Source: Eledone cirrhosa (lineage: Eukaryota). From it: 64,000 bases of DNA. The stretch is from contig OZ024757.1 of assembly GCA_964016885.1 (NCBI GenBank), positions 9,858,001-9,922,000 of the forward strand, given 5' to 3'. Positions 44,501-56,500 of this stretch are shown piece after piece (position 1 is the first letter of the stretch; each line of letters opens with the position of its first letter). Position numbers and translations under genes: made by a program. The notes beneath the pieces are model-generated. The model was not told the DNA's origin, searched no databases, and saw only the letters and a program-made list of their open reading frames with translations.

Positions 44501-47500
44501 TTAGGGGTAATTTAAGTTGGGGTTAAGTTAAGTTGGGGTTAAGGTAAGTTGGGGTTAAGTTAAGTTGGGGTTAAGTTAAGTTGGGGGTAAGTTAAGTTAG
44601 GGGTAAGTCAAGTTGGGGTTAAATCAAGTTGGGTTTAAGTTAAGTTGGGGTTCAGTTAAGTTGGGGCTAAGTTAAGTTGGGGTTAAGTTGGGGTTAAGTT
44701 AAGTTGGGGTTAAGTTAAGTTGGGGTTAAGGTAAGTTGGGGTTAAGTTAAGTTGGGGTTAAGTTAAGTTGGGGGTAAGTTAAGTTAGGGGTAAGTCAAGT
44801 TGGGGTTAAATCAAGTTGGGTTTAAGTTAAGTTGGGGTTCAGTTAAGTTGGGGCTAAGTTAAGTTGGGGTTAAGTTGGGGTTAAGTTAATTTGGGGTTAC
44901 GTTAAGTTGGGGTTAAGTTAAGTTGGGGGTAAGTTAAGTTAGGGGTAATTTAAGTTGGGGTTAAGTTAAGTTGGGGTGAAGGTAAGTTGGGGTTAAGTTA
45001 AGTTGGGGTTAAGTTAAGTTGGGGGTAAGTTGGGGTTAAGTTAAGTTGGGGTTAAGTTAATTTGGGGTTAAGTTAAGTTGGGGTTAAGTTAAGTTGGGGT
45101 TAAGTTAAGTTGGGGGTAAGTTAAGTTAGGGGTAAGTTAAGTTGGGGTTAAGTTAAGTTGGGGTTAAGTTAAGTTGGGGATAAGTTAAGTTGGGGTTAAT
45201 TTAAGTTGGGGTTAAGTTAAGTTGGGGTTAAGGTAAGTTGGGGTTAAGTTAAGTTGGGGTTAAGTTAAGTTGGGGTTACGTTAAGTTGGGGTTAAGTTAA
45301 GTTGGGGTTAAGTTAAGTTGGGATTAAGTCAAGTTGGGGTTAAGTCAAGTTGGGGTTAAGTCAAGTTGGGGTTAAGTCAAGTTTGGGTTAAGTTAAGTTG
45401 GGGTTAAGTTAAGTTGGGGTTAAGTTAAGTTGGAATTAAGTCAAGTTGGGGTTAAATCAAGTTGGGGTTAAGTCAAGTTGGGTTTAAGTTAAGTTGGGGT
45501 TCAGTTAAGTTGGGGCTAAGTTAAGTTGGGGTTAAGTTGGGGTTAAGTTAAGTTGGGGTTAAATCAAGTTGGGGTTAACTCAAGTTGGGGTTAAGTCAAT
45601 TTGGGGTTAAGTCAAATTGGGATTAAGTCAAGTTGGGGTTAAGTCAAGTTGGGGTTAAGTTAAGTTGGGGTTAAGTTAAGTTGGGGTTAAGTTAAGTTGG
45701 GGTTAAATTAAGTTGGGGGTAAGTTAATTAAGTCGGGGGTAATTTAAGTTGGGGGTAAGTTAAGCTGGGGTTAAGTTAAGTGGGGTTAAGTTAAGTTGGG
45801 GTTAAGTTAAGTAGGGGTTAAGTTAAGTTGGGGTTAAGTTGGGGTTAATTTAAGTTGGGGTTAAGTTAAGTTGGGGTTAAGTTAAGTTGGGGATAAGTTA
45901 AGTTGGGGTTAATTTAAGTTGGGGTTAAGTTATGTTGGGGTTAAGGTAAGTTGGGGTTAAGTTAAGTTGGGGTTAAGTTAAGTTGGGGTTACGTTAAGTT
46001 GGGGATAAGTTAAGTTGGGGTTAAGTTAAGTTGGGATTAAGTCAAGTTGGGGTTAAGTCAAGTTGGGGTTAAGTCAAGTTGGGGTTAAGTCAAGTTTGGG
46101 TTAAGTTAAGTTGGGGTTAAGTTAAGTTGGGGTTAAGTTAAGTTAGGGGTAATTTAAGTTGGGGTTAAGTTAAGTTGGGGTTAAGGTAAGTTGGGGTTAA
46201 GTTAAGTTGGGGTTAAGTTAAGTTGGGGGTAAGTTAAGTTAGGGGTAAGTCAAGTTGGGGTTAAATCAAGTTGGGTTTAAGTTAAGTTGGGGTTCAGTTA
46301 AGTTGGGGCTAAGTTAAGTTGGGGTTAAGTTGGGGTTAAGTTAAGTTGGGGTTAAGTTAAGTTGGGGTTAAGGTAAGTTGGGGTTAAGTTAAGTTGGGGT
46401 TAAGTTAAGTTGGGGGTAAGTTAAGTTAGGGGTAAGTCAAGTTGGGGTTAAATCAAGTTGGGTTTAAGTTAAGTTGGGGTTCAGTTAAGTTGGGGCTAAG
46501 TTAAGTTGGGGTTAAGTTGGGGTTAAGTTAATTTGGGGTTACGTTAAGTTGGGGTTAAGTTAAGTTGGGGGTAAGTTAAGTTAGGGGTAATTTAAGTTGG
46601 GGTTAAGTTAAGTTGGGGTGAAGGTAAGTTGGGGTTAAGTTAAGTTGGGGTTAAGTTAAGTTGGGGGTAAGTTGGGGTTAAGTTAAGTTGGGGTTAAGTT
46701 AATTTGGGGTTAAGTTAAGTTGGGGTTAAGTTAAGTTGGGGTTAAGTTAAGTTGGGGGTAAGTTAAGTTAGGGGTAAGTTAAGTTGGGGTTAAGTTAAGT
46801 TGGGGTTAAGTTAAGTTGGGGATAAGTTAAGTTGGGGTTAATTTAAGTTGGGGTTAAGTTAAGTTGGGGTTAAGGTAAGTTGGGGTTAAGTTAAGTTGGG
46901 GTTAAGTTAAGTTGGGGTTACGTTAAGTTGGGGTTAAGTTAAGTTGGGGTTAAGTTAAGTTGGGATTAAGTCAAGTTGGGGTTAAGTCAAGTTGGGGTTA
47001 AGTCAAGTTGGGGTTAAGTCAAGTTTGGGTTAAGTTAAGTTGGGGTTAAGTTAAGTTGGGGTTAAGTTAAGTTGGAATTAAGTCAAGTTGGGTTTAAATC
47101 AAGTTGGGGTTAAGTCAAGTTGGGTTTAAGTTAAGTTGGGGTTCAGTTAAGTTGGGGCTAAGTTAAGTTGGGGTTAAGTTGGGGTTAAGTTAAGTTGGGG
47201 TTAAATCAAGTTGGGGTTAACTCAAGTTGGGGTTAAGTCAAGTTGGGGTTAAGTCAAATTGGGATTAAGTCAAGTTGGGGTTAAGTCAAGTTGGGGTTAA
47301 GTTAAGTTGGGGTTAAGTTAAGTTGGGGTTAAGTTAAGTTGGGGTTAAATTAAGTTGGGGGTAAGTTAATTAAGTCGGGGGTAATTTAAGTTGGGGGTAA
47401 GTTAAGCTGGGGTTAAGTTAAGTTGGGGTTAAGTTAAGTTGGGGTTAAGTTAAGTAGGGGTTAAGTTAAGTTGGGGTTAAGTTGGGGTTAATTTAAGTTG

Positions 47501-50500
47501 GGGTTAAGTTAAGTTGGGGTTAAGTTAAGTTGGGGATAAGTTAAGTTGGGGTTAATTTAAGTTGGGGTTAAGTTATGTTGGGGTTAAGGTAAGTTGGGGT
47601 TAAGTTAAGTTGGGGTTAAGTTAAGTTGGGGTTACGTTAAGTTGGGGATAAGTTAAGTTGGGGTTAAGTTAAGTTGGGTTTAAGTCAAGTTGGGGTTAAG
47701 TCAAGTTGGGGTTAAGTCAAGTTGGGGTTAAGTCAAGTTTGGGTTAAGTTAAGTTGGGGTTAAGTTAAGTTAGGGGTAATTTAAGTTGGGGTTAAGTTAA
47801 GTTGGGGTTAAGGTAAGTTGGGGTTAAGTTAAGTTGGGGTTAAGTTAAGTTGGGGGTAAGTTAAGTTAGGGGTAAGTCAAGTTGGGGTTAAATCAAGTTG
47901 GGTTTAAGTTAAGTTGGGGTTCAGTTAAGTTGGGGCTAAGTTAAGTTGGGGTTAAGTTGGGGTTAAGTTAAGTTGGGGTTAAGTTAAGTTGGGGTTAAGG
48001 TAAGTTGGGTTTAAGTTAAGTTGGGGTTCAGTTAAGTTGGGGCTAAGTTAAGTTGGGGTTAAGTTGGGGTTAAGTTAATTTGGGGTTACGTTAAGTTGGG
48101 GTTAAGTTAAGTTGGGGGTAAGTTAAGTTAGGGGTAATTTAAGTTGGGGTTAAGTTAAGTTGGGGTTAAGGTAAGTTGGGGTTAAGTTAAGTTGGGGTTA
48201 ATTTAAGTTGGGGGTAAGTTAATTAAGTCGGGGGTAATTTAAGTTGGGGGTAAGTTAAGCTGGGGTTAAGTTAAGTTGGGGTTAAGTTAAGTTGGGGTTA
48301 AGTAAAGTAGGGGTTAAGTTAAGTTGGGGTTAAGTTGGGGTTAAGTTAAGTTGGGGTTAAGTTAATTTGGGGTTAAGTTAAGTTGGGGTTAAGTTAAGTT
48401 GGGGTTAAGTTAAGTTGGGGGTAAGTTAAGTTAGGGGTAAGTTAAGTTGGGGTTAAGTTAAGTTGGGGTTAAGTTAAGTTGGGGATAAGTTAAGTTGGGG
48501 TTAATTTAAGTTGGGGTTAAGTTAAGTTGGGGTTAAGGTAAGTTGGGGTTAAGTTAAGTTGGGATTAAGTCAAGTTGGGGTTAAGTCAAGTTGGGGTTAA
48601 GTCAAGTTGGGGTTAAGTCAAGTTTGGGTTAAGTTAAGTTGGGGTTAAGTTAAGTTGGGGTTAAGTTAAGTTGGGGTTAAGTTAAGTTGGAATTAAGTCA
48701 AGTTGGGGTTAAATCAAGTTGGGGTTAAGTCAAGTTGGGTTTAAGTTAAGTTGGGGTTCAGTTAAGTTGGGGCTAAGTTAAGTTGGGGTTAAGTTGGGGT
48801 TAAGTTAAGTTGGGGTTAAATCAAGTTGGGGTTAACTCAAGTTGGGGTTAAGTCAAGTTGGGGTTAAATCAAATTGGGATTAAGTCAAGTTGGGGTTAAG
48901 TCAAGTTGGGGTTAAGTTAAGTTGGGGTTAAGTTAAGTTGGGGTTAAGTTAAGTTGGGGTTAAATTAAGTTGGGGGTAAGTTAATTAAGTCGGGGGTAAT
49001 TTAAGTTGGGGGTAAGTTAAGCTGGGGTTAAGTTAAGTGGGGTTAAGTTAAGTTGGGGTTAAGTTAAGTAGGGGTTAAGTTAAGTTGGGGTTAAGTTGGG
49101 GTTAATTTAAGTTGGGGTTAAGTTAAGTTGGGGTTAAGTTAAGTTGGGGATAAGTTAAGTTGGGGTTAATTTAAGTTGGGGTTAAGTTATGTTGGGGTTA
49201 AGGTAAGTTGGGGTTAAGTTAAGTTGGGGTTAAGTTAAGTTGGGGTTACGTTAAGTTGGGGATAAGTTAAGTTGGGGTTAAGTTAAGTTGGGATTAAGTC
49301 AAGTTGGGGTTAAGTCAAGTTGGGGTTAAGTCAAGTTGGGGTTAAGTCAAGTTTGGGTTAAGTTAAGTTGGGGTTAAGTTAAGTTGGGGTTAAGTTAAGT
49401 TAGGGGTAATTTAAGTTGGGGTTAAGTTAAGTTGGGGTTAAGGTAAGTTGGGGTTAAGTTAAGTTGGGGTTAAGTTAAGTTGGGGGTAAGTTAAGTTAGG
49501 GGTAAGTCAAGTTGGGGTTAAATCAAGTTGGGTTTAAGTTAAGTTGGGGTTCAGTTAAGTTGGGGCTAAGTTAAGTTGGGGTTAAGTTGGGGTTAAGTTA
49601 AGTTGGGGTTAAGTTAAGTTGGGGTTAAGGTAAGTTGGGGTTAAGTTAAGTTGGGGTTAAGTTAAGTTGGGGGTAAGTTAAGTTAGGGGTAAGTCAAGTT
49701 GGGGTTAAATCAAGTTGGGTTTAAGTTAAGTTGGGGTTCAGTTAAGTTGGGGCTAAGTTAAGTTGGGGTTAAGTTGGGGTTAAGTTAATTTGGGGTTACG
49801 TTAAGTTGGGGTTAAGTTAAGTTGGGGGTAAGTTAAGTTAGGGGTAATTTAAGTTGGGGTTAAGTTAAGTTGGGGTGAAGGTAAGTTGGGGTTAAGTTAA
49901 GTTGGGGTTAAGTTAAGTTGGGGGTAAGTTGGGGTTAAGTTAAGTTGGGGTTAAGTTAATTTGGGGTTAAGTTAAGTTGGGGTTAAGTTAAGTTGGGGTT
50001 AAGTTAAGTTGGGGGTAAGTTAAGTTAGGGGTAAGTTAAGTTGGGGTTAAGTTAAGTTGGGGTTAAGTTAAGTTGGGGATAAGTTAAGTTGGGGTTAATT
50101 TAAGTTGGGGTTAAGTTAAGTTGGGGTTAAGGTAAGTTGGGGTTAAGTTAAGTTGGGGTTAAGTTAAGTTGGGGTTACGTTAAGTTGGGGTTAAGTTAAG
50201 TTGGGGTTAAGTTAAGTTGGGATTAAGTCAAGTTGGGGTTAAGTCAAGTTGGGGTTAAGTCAAGTTGGGGTTAAGTCAAGTTTGGGTTAAGTTAAGTTGG
50301 GGTTAAGTTAAGTTGGGGTTAAGTTAAGTTGGAATTAAGTCAAGTTGGGGTTAAATCAAGTTGGGGTTAAGTCAAGTTGGGTTTAAGTTAAGTTGGGGTT
50401 CAGTTAAGTTGGGGCTAAGTTAAGTTGGGGTTAAGTTGGGGTTAAGTTAAGTTGGGGTTAAATCAAGTTGGGGTTAACTCAAGTTGGGGTTAAGTCAAGT

Positions 50501-53500
50501 TGGGGTTAAGTCAAATTGGGATTAAGTCAAGTTGGGGTTAAGTCAAGTTGGGGTTAAGTTAAGTTGGGGTTAAGTTAAGTTGGGATTAAGTTAAGTTGGG
50601 GTTAAATTAAGTTGGGGGTAAGTTAATTAAGTCGGGGGTAATTTAAGTTGGGGGTAAGTTAAGCTGGGGTTAAGTTAAGTTGGGGTTAAGTTAAGTTGGG
50701 GTTAAGTTAAGTAGGGGTTAAGTTAAGTTGGGGTTAAGTTGGGGTTAATTTAAGTTGGGGTTAAGTTAAGTTGGGGTTAAGTTAAGTTGGGGATAAGTTA
50801 AGTTGGGGTTAATTTAAGTTGGGGTTAAGTTATGTTGGGGATAAGGTAAGTTGGGGTTAAGTTAAGTTGGGGTTAAGTTAAGTTGGGGTTACGTTAAGTT
50901 GGGGATAAGTTAAGTTGGGGTTAAGTTAAGTTGGGATTAAGTCAAGTTGGGGTTAAGTCAAGTTGGGGTTAAGTCAAGTTGGGGTTAAGTCAAGTTTTGG
51001 TTAAGTTAAGTTGGGGTTAAGTTAAGTTAGGGGTAATTTAAGTTGCGGTTAAGTTAAGTTGGGGTTAAGGTAAGTTGGGGTTAAGTTAAGTTGGGGTTAA
51101 GTTAAGTTGGGGGTAAGTTAAGTTAGGGGTAAGTCAAGTTGGGGTTAAATCAAGTTGGGTTTAAGTTAAGTTGGGGTTCAGTTAAGTTGGGGCTAAGTTA
51201 AGTTGGGGTTAAGTTGGGGTTAAGTTAAGTTGGGGTTAAGTTAAGTTGGGGTTAAGGTAAGTTGGGTTTAAGTTAAGTTGGGGTTCAGTTAAGTTGGGGC
51301 TAAGTTAAGTTGGGGTTAAGTTGGGGTTAAGTTAATTTGGGGTTACGTTAAGTTGGGGTTAAGTTAAGTTGGGGGTAAGTTAAGTTAGGGGTAATTTAAG
51401 TTGGGGTTAAGTTAAGTTGGGGTTAAGGTAAGTTGGGGTTAAGTTAAGTTGGTGTTAAGTTAAGTTGGGGGTAAGTTAAGTTAGGGGTAAGTTAAGTTGG
51501 GGTTAAGTTAAGTCGGGGTTAAGTTAAGTTGGGGATAAGTTAAGTTGGGGTTAATTTAAGTTGGGGTTAAGTTATGTTGGGGTTAAGGTAAGTTGGGGTT
51601 AAGTTAAGTTGGGGTTAAGTTAAGTTGGGGTTACCTTAAGTTGGGGTTAAGTTAAGTTGGGGTTAAGTTAAGTTGGGGTTAAGTTAAGTTGGGGTTAAGT
51701 TAAGTTAGGGGTAAGTCAAGTTGGGGTTAAATCAAGTTGGGTTTAAGTTAAGTTGGGGTTCAGTTAAGTTGGGGCTAAGTTAAGTTGGGGTTAAGTTGGG
51801 GTTAAGTTAATTTGGGGTTTAGTTAAGTTGGGGTTAAGTTAAGTTGGGGGTAAGTTAAGTTAGGGGTAATTTAAGTTGGGGTTAAGTTAAGTTGGGGTTA
51901 AGGTAAGTTGGGGTTAAGTTAAGTTGGGGTTAAGTTAAGTTGGGGGTAAGTTAAGTTAGGGGTAAGTTAAGTTGGGGTTAAGTTAAGTCGGGGTTAAGTT
52001 AAGTTGGGGATAAGTTAAGTTGGGGTTAATTTAAGTTGGGGTTAAGTTATGTTGGGGTTAAGGTAAGTTGGGGTTAAGTTAAGTTGGGGTTAAGTTAAGT
52101 TGGGGTTACCTTAAGTTGGGGTTAAGTTAAGTTGGGGTTAAGTTAAGTTGGGATTAAGTCAAGTTGGGGTTAAGTCAAGTTGGGGTTAAGTCAAGTTGGG
52201 GTTAAGTCAAGTTTGGGTTAAGTTAAGTTGGGGTTAAGTTAAGTTGGGGTTAAGTTAAGTTGGGATTGAGTCAAGTTGGGGTTAAGTTAAGTTGGGGTTA
52301 AGTCAAGTTGGGGTTAAATCAAGTTGGGTTTAAGTTAAGTTGGGGTTCAGTTAAGTTGGGGCTAAGTTAAGTTGGGGTTAAGTTGGGGTTAAGTTAAGTT
52401 GGGGTTAAGTTAAGTTGGGGTTAAGTTAAGTTGGGGGTAAGTTAAGTTAGGGGTAATTTAAGTTGGGGTTAAGTTAAGTTGGGGTTAAGGTAAGTTGGGG
52501 TTAAATTAAGTTGGGGTTAAGTTAAGTTGGGGTTAAGTTAAGTTGGGTTTAAGTTAAGTTGGGATTAAGTCAAGTTGGGGTTAAGTCAAGTTGGGGTTAA
52601 GTCAAGTTGGGGTTAATTCAAGTTGGGGTTAAGTCAAGTTGGGATTAAGTCAAGTTGGGGTTAAGTCAAGTTGGGGTTAAGTTAAGTTGGGGTTAAGTTA
52701 AGTTGGGGTTAAGTTAAGTTGGGTTTAAGTTAAGTTGGGGTTAAGTTAAGTAGGGGTTAAGTTAAGTTGGGGTTAAGTTGGGGTTAAGTTAAGTTGGGGT
52801 TAAGTTAAGTTGGGTTAAGTTAAGTTGGGGTTAATTAAGTTGGGGGTAAGTTAAGTTAGGGGTAAGTTAAGTTGGGGTTAAGTTAAGTTGGGGTTAAGTT
52901 AAGTTGGGGTTAAGTTAAGTTGGGGTTAATTTAAGTTGGGGTTAAGTTAAGTTGGGGTTAAGGTAAGTTGGGGTTAAGTTAAGTTGGGGTTAAGTTAAGT
53001 TGGGGTTACGTTAAGTTGGGGTTAAGTTAAGTTGGGGTTAAGTTAAGTTGGGATTAAGTCAAGTTGGTGTTAAGTCAAGTTGGGGTTAAGTCAAGTTGGG
53101 GTTAAGTCAAGTTGGGGTTAAGTCAAGTTTGGGTTAAGTTAAGTTGGGGTTAAGTTAAGTTGGGGTTAAGTTAAGTGGGGGTTAAGTTAACTTGGGGTTA
53201 AGTTAAGTTGGGGCTAATTTAAGTTGGTGTTAATTTAAGTTGGGGTTAAGTTAAGTTGGGGTTAAGTTAAGTTGGGGTTAAATTAAGCTGGGTTTAACTT
53301 AAGTAGGGGTTAAGTTAAGTTGGGTTAAGTTGGGATTAACTTAAGTTTGGGTTAAGTTAAGTTGGGGTTAAGTTAAGTTCGGATTGAGTCAAGTGTGGGG
53401 TTAAGTCAAGTTGGGGTTAAGTCAAGTTGGGTTTAAGTTAAGTTGGGGTTAAGTTAAGTTGGGGTTAAGTTAAGTTGGTGTTAAGTTAAGTTGGGGTTAA

Positions 53501-56500
53501 GTTAAGTTGGGGTTAAGTTAATATGGGGTTAAGTTAAGTTGGGGTTAAGTTAAGTTGGGGTTAAGTCAAGTTGGGGTTAAGTCAAGTTGGGGTTAAGTTA
53601 AGTTGGGGTTAAGTTAAGTTGGGGTTAAGTTAAGTTGGGGGTAAGTTAATTAAATCGGGGGTAATTTAAGTTGGGGGTAAGTTAAGCTGGGGTTAAGTTA
53701 AGTTGGGGTTAAGTTAAGTTGGGGTTAAGTTAAGTAGGGGTTAAGTTAAGTTGGGGTTAAGTTAAGTTAGGGGTAATTTAAGTTGGGGTTAAGTTAAGTT
53801 GGGGTTAAGGTAAGTTGGGGTTAAGTTAAGTTGGGGTTAAGTTAAGTTGGGGGTAAGTTAAGTTAGGGGTAAGTCAAGTTGGGGTTAAATCAAGTTGGGT
53901 TTAAGTTAAGTTGGGGTTCAGTTAAGTTGGGGCTAAGTTAAGTTGGGGTTAAGTTGGGGTTAAGTTAAGTTGGGGTTAAGTTAAGTTGGGGTTAAGGTAA
54001 GTTGGGTTTAAGTTAAGTTGGGGTTCAGTTAAGTTGGGGCTAAGTTAAGTTGGGGTTAAGTTGGGGTTAAGTTAATTTGGGGTTACGTTAAGTTGGGGTT
54101 AAGTTAAGTTGGGGGTAAGTTAAGTTAGGGGTAATTTAAGTTGGGGTTAAGTTAAGTTGGGGTTAAGGTAAGTTGGGGTTAAGTTAAGTTGGTGTTAAGT
54201 TAAGTTGGGGGTAAGTTAAGTTAGGGGTAAGTTAAGTTGGGGTTAAGTTAAGTCGGGGTTAAGTTAAGTTGGGGATAAGTTAAGTTGGGGTTAATTTAAG
54301 TTGGGGTTAAGTTATGTTGGGGTTAAGGTAAGTTGGGGTTAAGTTAAGTTGGGGTTAAGTTAAGTTGGGGTTACCTTAAGTTGGGGTTAAGTTAAGTTGG
54401 GGTTAAGTTAAGTTGGGGTTAAGTTAAGTTGGGGTTAAGTTAAGTTAGGGGTAAGTCAAGTTGGGGTTAAATCAAGTTGGGTTTAAGTTAAGTTGGGGTT
54501 CAGTTAAGTTGGGGCTAAGTTAAGTTGGGGTTAAGTTGGGGTTAAGTTAATTTGGGGTTTAGTTAAGTTGGGGTTAAGTTAAGTTGGGGGTAAGTTAAGT
54601 TAGGGGTAATTTAAGTTGGGGTTAAGTTAAGTTGGGGTTAAGGTAAGTTGGGGTTAAGTTAAGTTGGGGTTAAGTTAAGTTGGGGGTAAGTTAAGTTAGG
54701 GGTAAGTTAAGTTGGGGTTAAGTTAAGTCGGGGTTAAGTTAAGTTGGGGATAAGTTAAGTTGGGGTTAATTTAAGTTGGGGTTAAGTTATGTTGGGGTTA
54801 AGGTAAGTTGGGGTTAAGTTAAGTTGGGGTTAAGTTAAGTTGGGGTTACCTTAAGTTGGGGTTAAGTTAAGTTGGGGTTAAGTTAAGTTGGGATTAAGTC
54901 AAGTTGGGGTTAAGTCAAGTTGGGGTTAAGTCAAGTTGGGGTTAAGTCAAGTTTGGGTTAAGTTAAGTTGGGGTTAAGTTAAGTTGGGGTTAAGTTAAGT
55001 TGGGATTGAGTCAAGTTGGGGTTAAGTTAAGTTGGGGTTAAGTCAAGTTGGGGTTAAATCAAGTTGGGTTTAAGTTAAGTTGGGGTTCAGTTAAGTTGGG
55101 GCTAAGTTAAGTTGGGGTTAAGTTGGGGTTAAGTTAAGTTGGGGTTAAGTTAAGTTGGGGTTAAGTTAAGTTGGGGGTAAGTTAAGTTAGGGGTAATTTA
55201 AGTTGGGGTTAAGTTAAGTTGGGGTTAAGGTAAGTTGGGGTTAAATTAAGTTGGGGTTAAGTTAAGTTGGGGTTAAGTTAAGTTGGGTTTAAGTTAAGTT
55301 GGGATTAAGTCAAGTTGGGGTTAAGTCAAGTTGGGGTTAAGTCAAGTTGGGGTTAATTCAAGTTGGGGTTAAGTCAAGTTGGGATTAAGTCAAGTTGGGG
55401 TTAAGTCAAGTTGGGGTTAAGTTAAGTTGGGGTTAAGTTAAGTTGGGGTTAAGTTAAGTTGGGTTTAAGTTAAGTTGGGGTTAAGTTAAGTAGGGGTTAA
55501 GTTAAGTTGGGGTTAAGTTGGGGTTAAGTTAAGTTGGGGTTAAGTTAAGTTGGGTTAAGTTAAGTTGGGGTTAATTAAGTTGGGGGTAAGTTAAGTTAGG
55601 GGTAAGTTAAGTTGGGGTTAATTTAAGTTGGGGTTAAGTTAAGTTGGGGTTAAGTTAAGTTGGGGTTAAGTTAAGTTGGGGTTAATTTAAGTTGGGGTTA
55701 AGTTAAGTTGGGGTTAAGGTAAGTTGGGGTTAAGTTAAGTTGGGGTTAAGTTAAGTTGGGGTTACGTTAAGTTGGGGTTAAGTTAAGTTGGGGTTAAGTT
55801 AAGTTGGGATTAAGTCAAGTTGGTGTTAAGTCAAGTTGGGGTTAAGTCAAGTTGGGGTTAAGTCAAGTTGGGGTTAAGTCAAGTTTGGGTTAAGTTAAGT
55901 TGGGGTTAAGTTAAGTTGGGGTTAAGTTAAGTGGGGGTTAAGTTAACTTGGGGTTAAGTTAAGTTGGGGCTAATTTAAGTTGGTGTTAATTTAAGTTGGG
56001 GTTAAGTTAAGTTGGGGTTAAGTTAAGTTGGGGTTAAATTAAGCTGGGTTTAACTTAAGTAGGGGTTAAGTTAAGTTGGGTTAAGTTGGGATTAACTTAA
56101 GTTTGGGTTAAGTTAAGTTGGGGTTAAGTTAAGTTCGGATTGAGTCAAGTGTGGGGTTAAGTCAAGTTGGGGTTAAGTCAAGTTGGGTTTAAGTTAAGTT
56201 GGGGTTAAGTTAAGTTGGGGTTAAGTTAAGTTGGTGTTAAGTTAAGTTGGGGTTAAGTTAAGTTGGGGTTAAGTTAATATGGGGTTAAGTTAAGTTGGGG
56301 TTAAGTTAAGTTGGGGTTAAGTCAAGTTGGGGTTAAGTCAAGTTGGGGTTAAGTTAAGTTGGGGTTAAGTTAAGTTGGGGTTAAGTTAAGTTGGGGGTAA
56401 GTTAATTAAATCGGGGGTAATTTAAGTTGGGGGTAAGTTAAGCTGGGGTTAAGTTAAGTTGGGGTTAAGTTAAGTTGGGGTTAAGTTAAGTAGGGGTTAA